From contig OZ316892.1 in assembly GCA_973895155.1 (NCBI GenBank), positions 8,477,251 through 8,541,250 of the forward strand: a DNA stretch of 64,000 nt. Direction: 5' to 3'. Under the pieces are notes generated by a model. That model made no database searches and was not told the DNA's origin. It saw only the letters and a program-made list of their open reading frames with translations. The position numbers and the translations under genes were made by a program. Below are positions 62,200 to 64,000 of the stretch, one piece after another (position 1 is the stretch's first letter; each line of letters starts with the position of its first letter). Source of the stretch: Marsupella aquatica (lineage: Eukaryota; Plantae; Marchantiophyta).

Positions 62200-62457
62200 G
62201 TCGTGGCGGCCAAGATGTCGTGTCGGCCAAGATATCGTTGAGAGAAAAAGATGTGTTGGCCAAGATGTCGTTGAGAAAAAAAGATGTCATGTCCGCCAAA
62301 AAGTCATGGAGAGAAAAGATGTCATGCCGGCCAAGCGGTCGTGGAGAGAAAAGATGTTGTGCCAGCCAAGAGGTCGTGGAGAGAAAAGATGTCGTGCCGG
62401 CCAAGAGGTGTTGAGAGAAAAGATGTTATGCTGCCCAAGAAGTTGTTGAGAAAAAAA
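62200..62457. repeat. ~30-35-bp minisatellite in the Helitron 3' subterminal region
   Basis: gagagaaaagatgtcgtgccggccaaga.gtcgtg-like unit, about 7-8 copies. Confidence 0.9.
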
Positions 62458-62627
62458 TTGACTAAGTATAAAAATGTTGTGAGTACAATATGGTCAATAA
62501 GTAAAAGATGTCATTAGTCAAAGACATTATGAAGTAAAAGATGTTGTTAAATACAAAAGTGAAAGAATAACATTCACACTTGATACAATATTTTGAAGAG
62601 AATACACATGATAAGGTCTTTATTGAT

Positions 62628-64000
62628 TTAGTAGAGAACCTCATCATATACAACATTTTTGGTCAACTTTGCTTCTCCATCTTCATCGTCTGGAAGTAAC
62701 ACTTTTATCCTTGTAGGACATGTTGCTCTTGAAAAGGCAACATACAATTGACCATGACTGAAAACCGACTTAGAAAGTTGCAATCCTACATGTTCTAAAG
62801 TCTGACCTTGTGCTTTATTAATAGTCATGGCATATGCCACTCGAACTGGGAATTGGACTCTTCGCAGCATGAAAGGAAGTCCCTCATCTGACGTCAACGG
62901 AATACGTGGTATGAACGTTATGTTCCCTGCATGTTTGCCTGCAAGAACCCGCGCCTCTATGACACGGCTATTGATTGTACGTACTATGAGTCGTGTCCCG
63001 TTACATAATCCTGTAGTGAAGTCGACATTACATAAAAGAATAACAGGGCATCCAACCTTAAGTACCAGCTTGTGCAGAGGCAAGCCGCTGGGTGTTAGCG
63101 TATTCAAGAACTCAGTAGGGTAAAAGTCACGTCCTTCCAATTGATCCGGGCGATCTATACTTAAGAAGGTGTGCGCATCTCCTGCGAGCCCTTCCAATAT
63201 TGAACTGTTGATCTTCAACGCCTCCTCGTTCGTTGGCGCCAATATTGTTCTCTCGCTTAGGAACTTGTCATCAATATTCTCCAATGATGGATAAATTGCA
63301 CGAATCAAGGAGTCGGTATCAACAATGTTCTCCGTCATGGATGGCGGGACCATAATCATGTTATTCAACGCTCCTTGCTTTGGCAATTTATCATCCCCAA
63401 GTTGAAGGAGCCATTCTTGGAAAGTCTGGTTCCCAAACTCAATTGAAGTGGATGTACCCCGCGCACGCATATTCTCCGTAAGCTTGAATGTTTTCACAGA
63501 GTGCCAAATGTGAGATTTCTTCAAGCATCCTCCCACAATCTGTGCACGGCTTGCTCTTGCTTTCACCGGCAATACTTGTCGAAAGTCCCCTACAAATGCA
63601 ACCACCAGCCCCCCAAACTTTCTGTTGTCTTCTCTTATGTCGCGAAGTGTCCTATCAAGCGCCTCCACAGCATGTCGATGAACCATAGGCGCTTCATCCC
63701 ACAAAATGAATGTTGTCCTTCGCAACAATTCAGCAAGCTCCGTTTGCTTCTTCACGTTGCATAGTGATTGAGCATTGGGATTGAGAGGAAGCTTAAACCT
63801 TGAATGTGCTGTGCGACCTCCATCCAACAACAAACCTGCAATTCCCGAAGAGGCCACAGCCAACGCTACGTCCCCATCAGCCCGCACCCTACGTAGAAGA
63901 ACATTCTCCACAAAGGTCTTCCCTGTCCCTCCTGGCCCATCTATGAAGAATGTGGAAGCCTCACGACCCCGAACCGCCTCCAATATTGCAGTGTAAGCAA
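62628..64000 (-). CDS. Helitron Rep/Hel C-terminal PIF1-family helicase (5'-truncated by the window edge)
   Basis: DGPGGTGKTF, ASSGIA, GGRTAHSRFKLP, WDEAPM, GDFRQVLPV, GLCNGTRL, AMTINKAQGQT, FSHGQLYVAFSR; no stop codons. Confidence 0.95.
   Translation of the reverse strand, partial: AYTAILEAVRGREASTFFIDGPGGTGKTFVENVLLRRVRADGDVALAVASSGIAGLLLDGGRTAHSRFKLPLNPNAQSLCNVKKQTELAELLRRTTFILWDEAPMVHRHAVEALDRTLRDIREDNRKFGGLVVAFVGDFRQVLPVKARASRAQIVGGCLKKSHIWHSVKTFKLTENMRARGTSTSIEFGNQTFQEWLLQLGDDKLPKQGALNNMIMVPPSMTENIVDTDSLIRAIYPSLENIDDKFLSERTILAPTNEEALKINSSILEGLAGDAHTFLSIDRPDQLEGRDFYPTEFLNTLTPSGLPLHKLVLKVGCPVILLCNVDFTTGLCNGTRLIVRTINSRVIEARVLAGKHAGNITFIPRIPLTSDEGLPFMLRRVQFPVRVAYAMTINKAQGQTLEHVGLQLSKSVFSHGQLYVAFSRATCPTRIKVLLPDDEDGEAKLTKNVVYDEVLY

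Larger units (their letters stand above)
62168..64000 (-). mobile_element. Helitron (3' portion; extends beyond the window)
   Basis: PIF1 helicase ORF followed by subterminal repeats, a GTGCAACGCAC hairpin and terminal CTAG followed by T. Confidence 0.92.

Overview
Eukaryotic, intron-containing land-plant nuclear DNA; a seed-free plant is plausible but not provable from this window. Host genes: an intronless NudC/NMig1-type co-chaperone whose stop codon runs straight into a decayed dihydrolipoamide dehydrogenase fragment, a 4-exon DRM1/ARP dormancy/auxin-associated gene, an intronless P-type PPR gene, a multi-exon MEKK/NPK1-like MAP3K, a convergent coiled-coil gene of about 20 exons and unknown family, an orphan acidic repeat-protein ORF, and a 5-exon pectin methylesterase. 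Mobile DNA: a young full-length Ty1/copia element (421-bp LTRs, CAAGC TSD) nested in a Mutator-like (MULE) fragment, a complete non-autonomous MULE with a 10-bp TSD next to L1 remnants, several MITE-like hairpins, and the 3' part of a Helitron with an uninterrupted PIF1 helicase ORF running off the window. The most interesting signals are an in-frame UGA plus stem-loop at the copia gag/pol junction (possible stop-codon readthrough), the NudC-LPD chimera, a degenerate repeat array rich in splice-donor motifs upstream of the coiled-coil gene, and the orphan repeat protein. Coordinates were read by eye and repeat boundaries are approximate.
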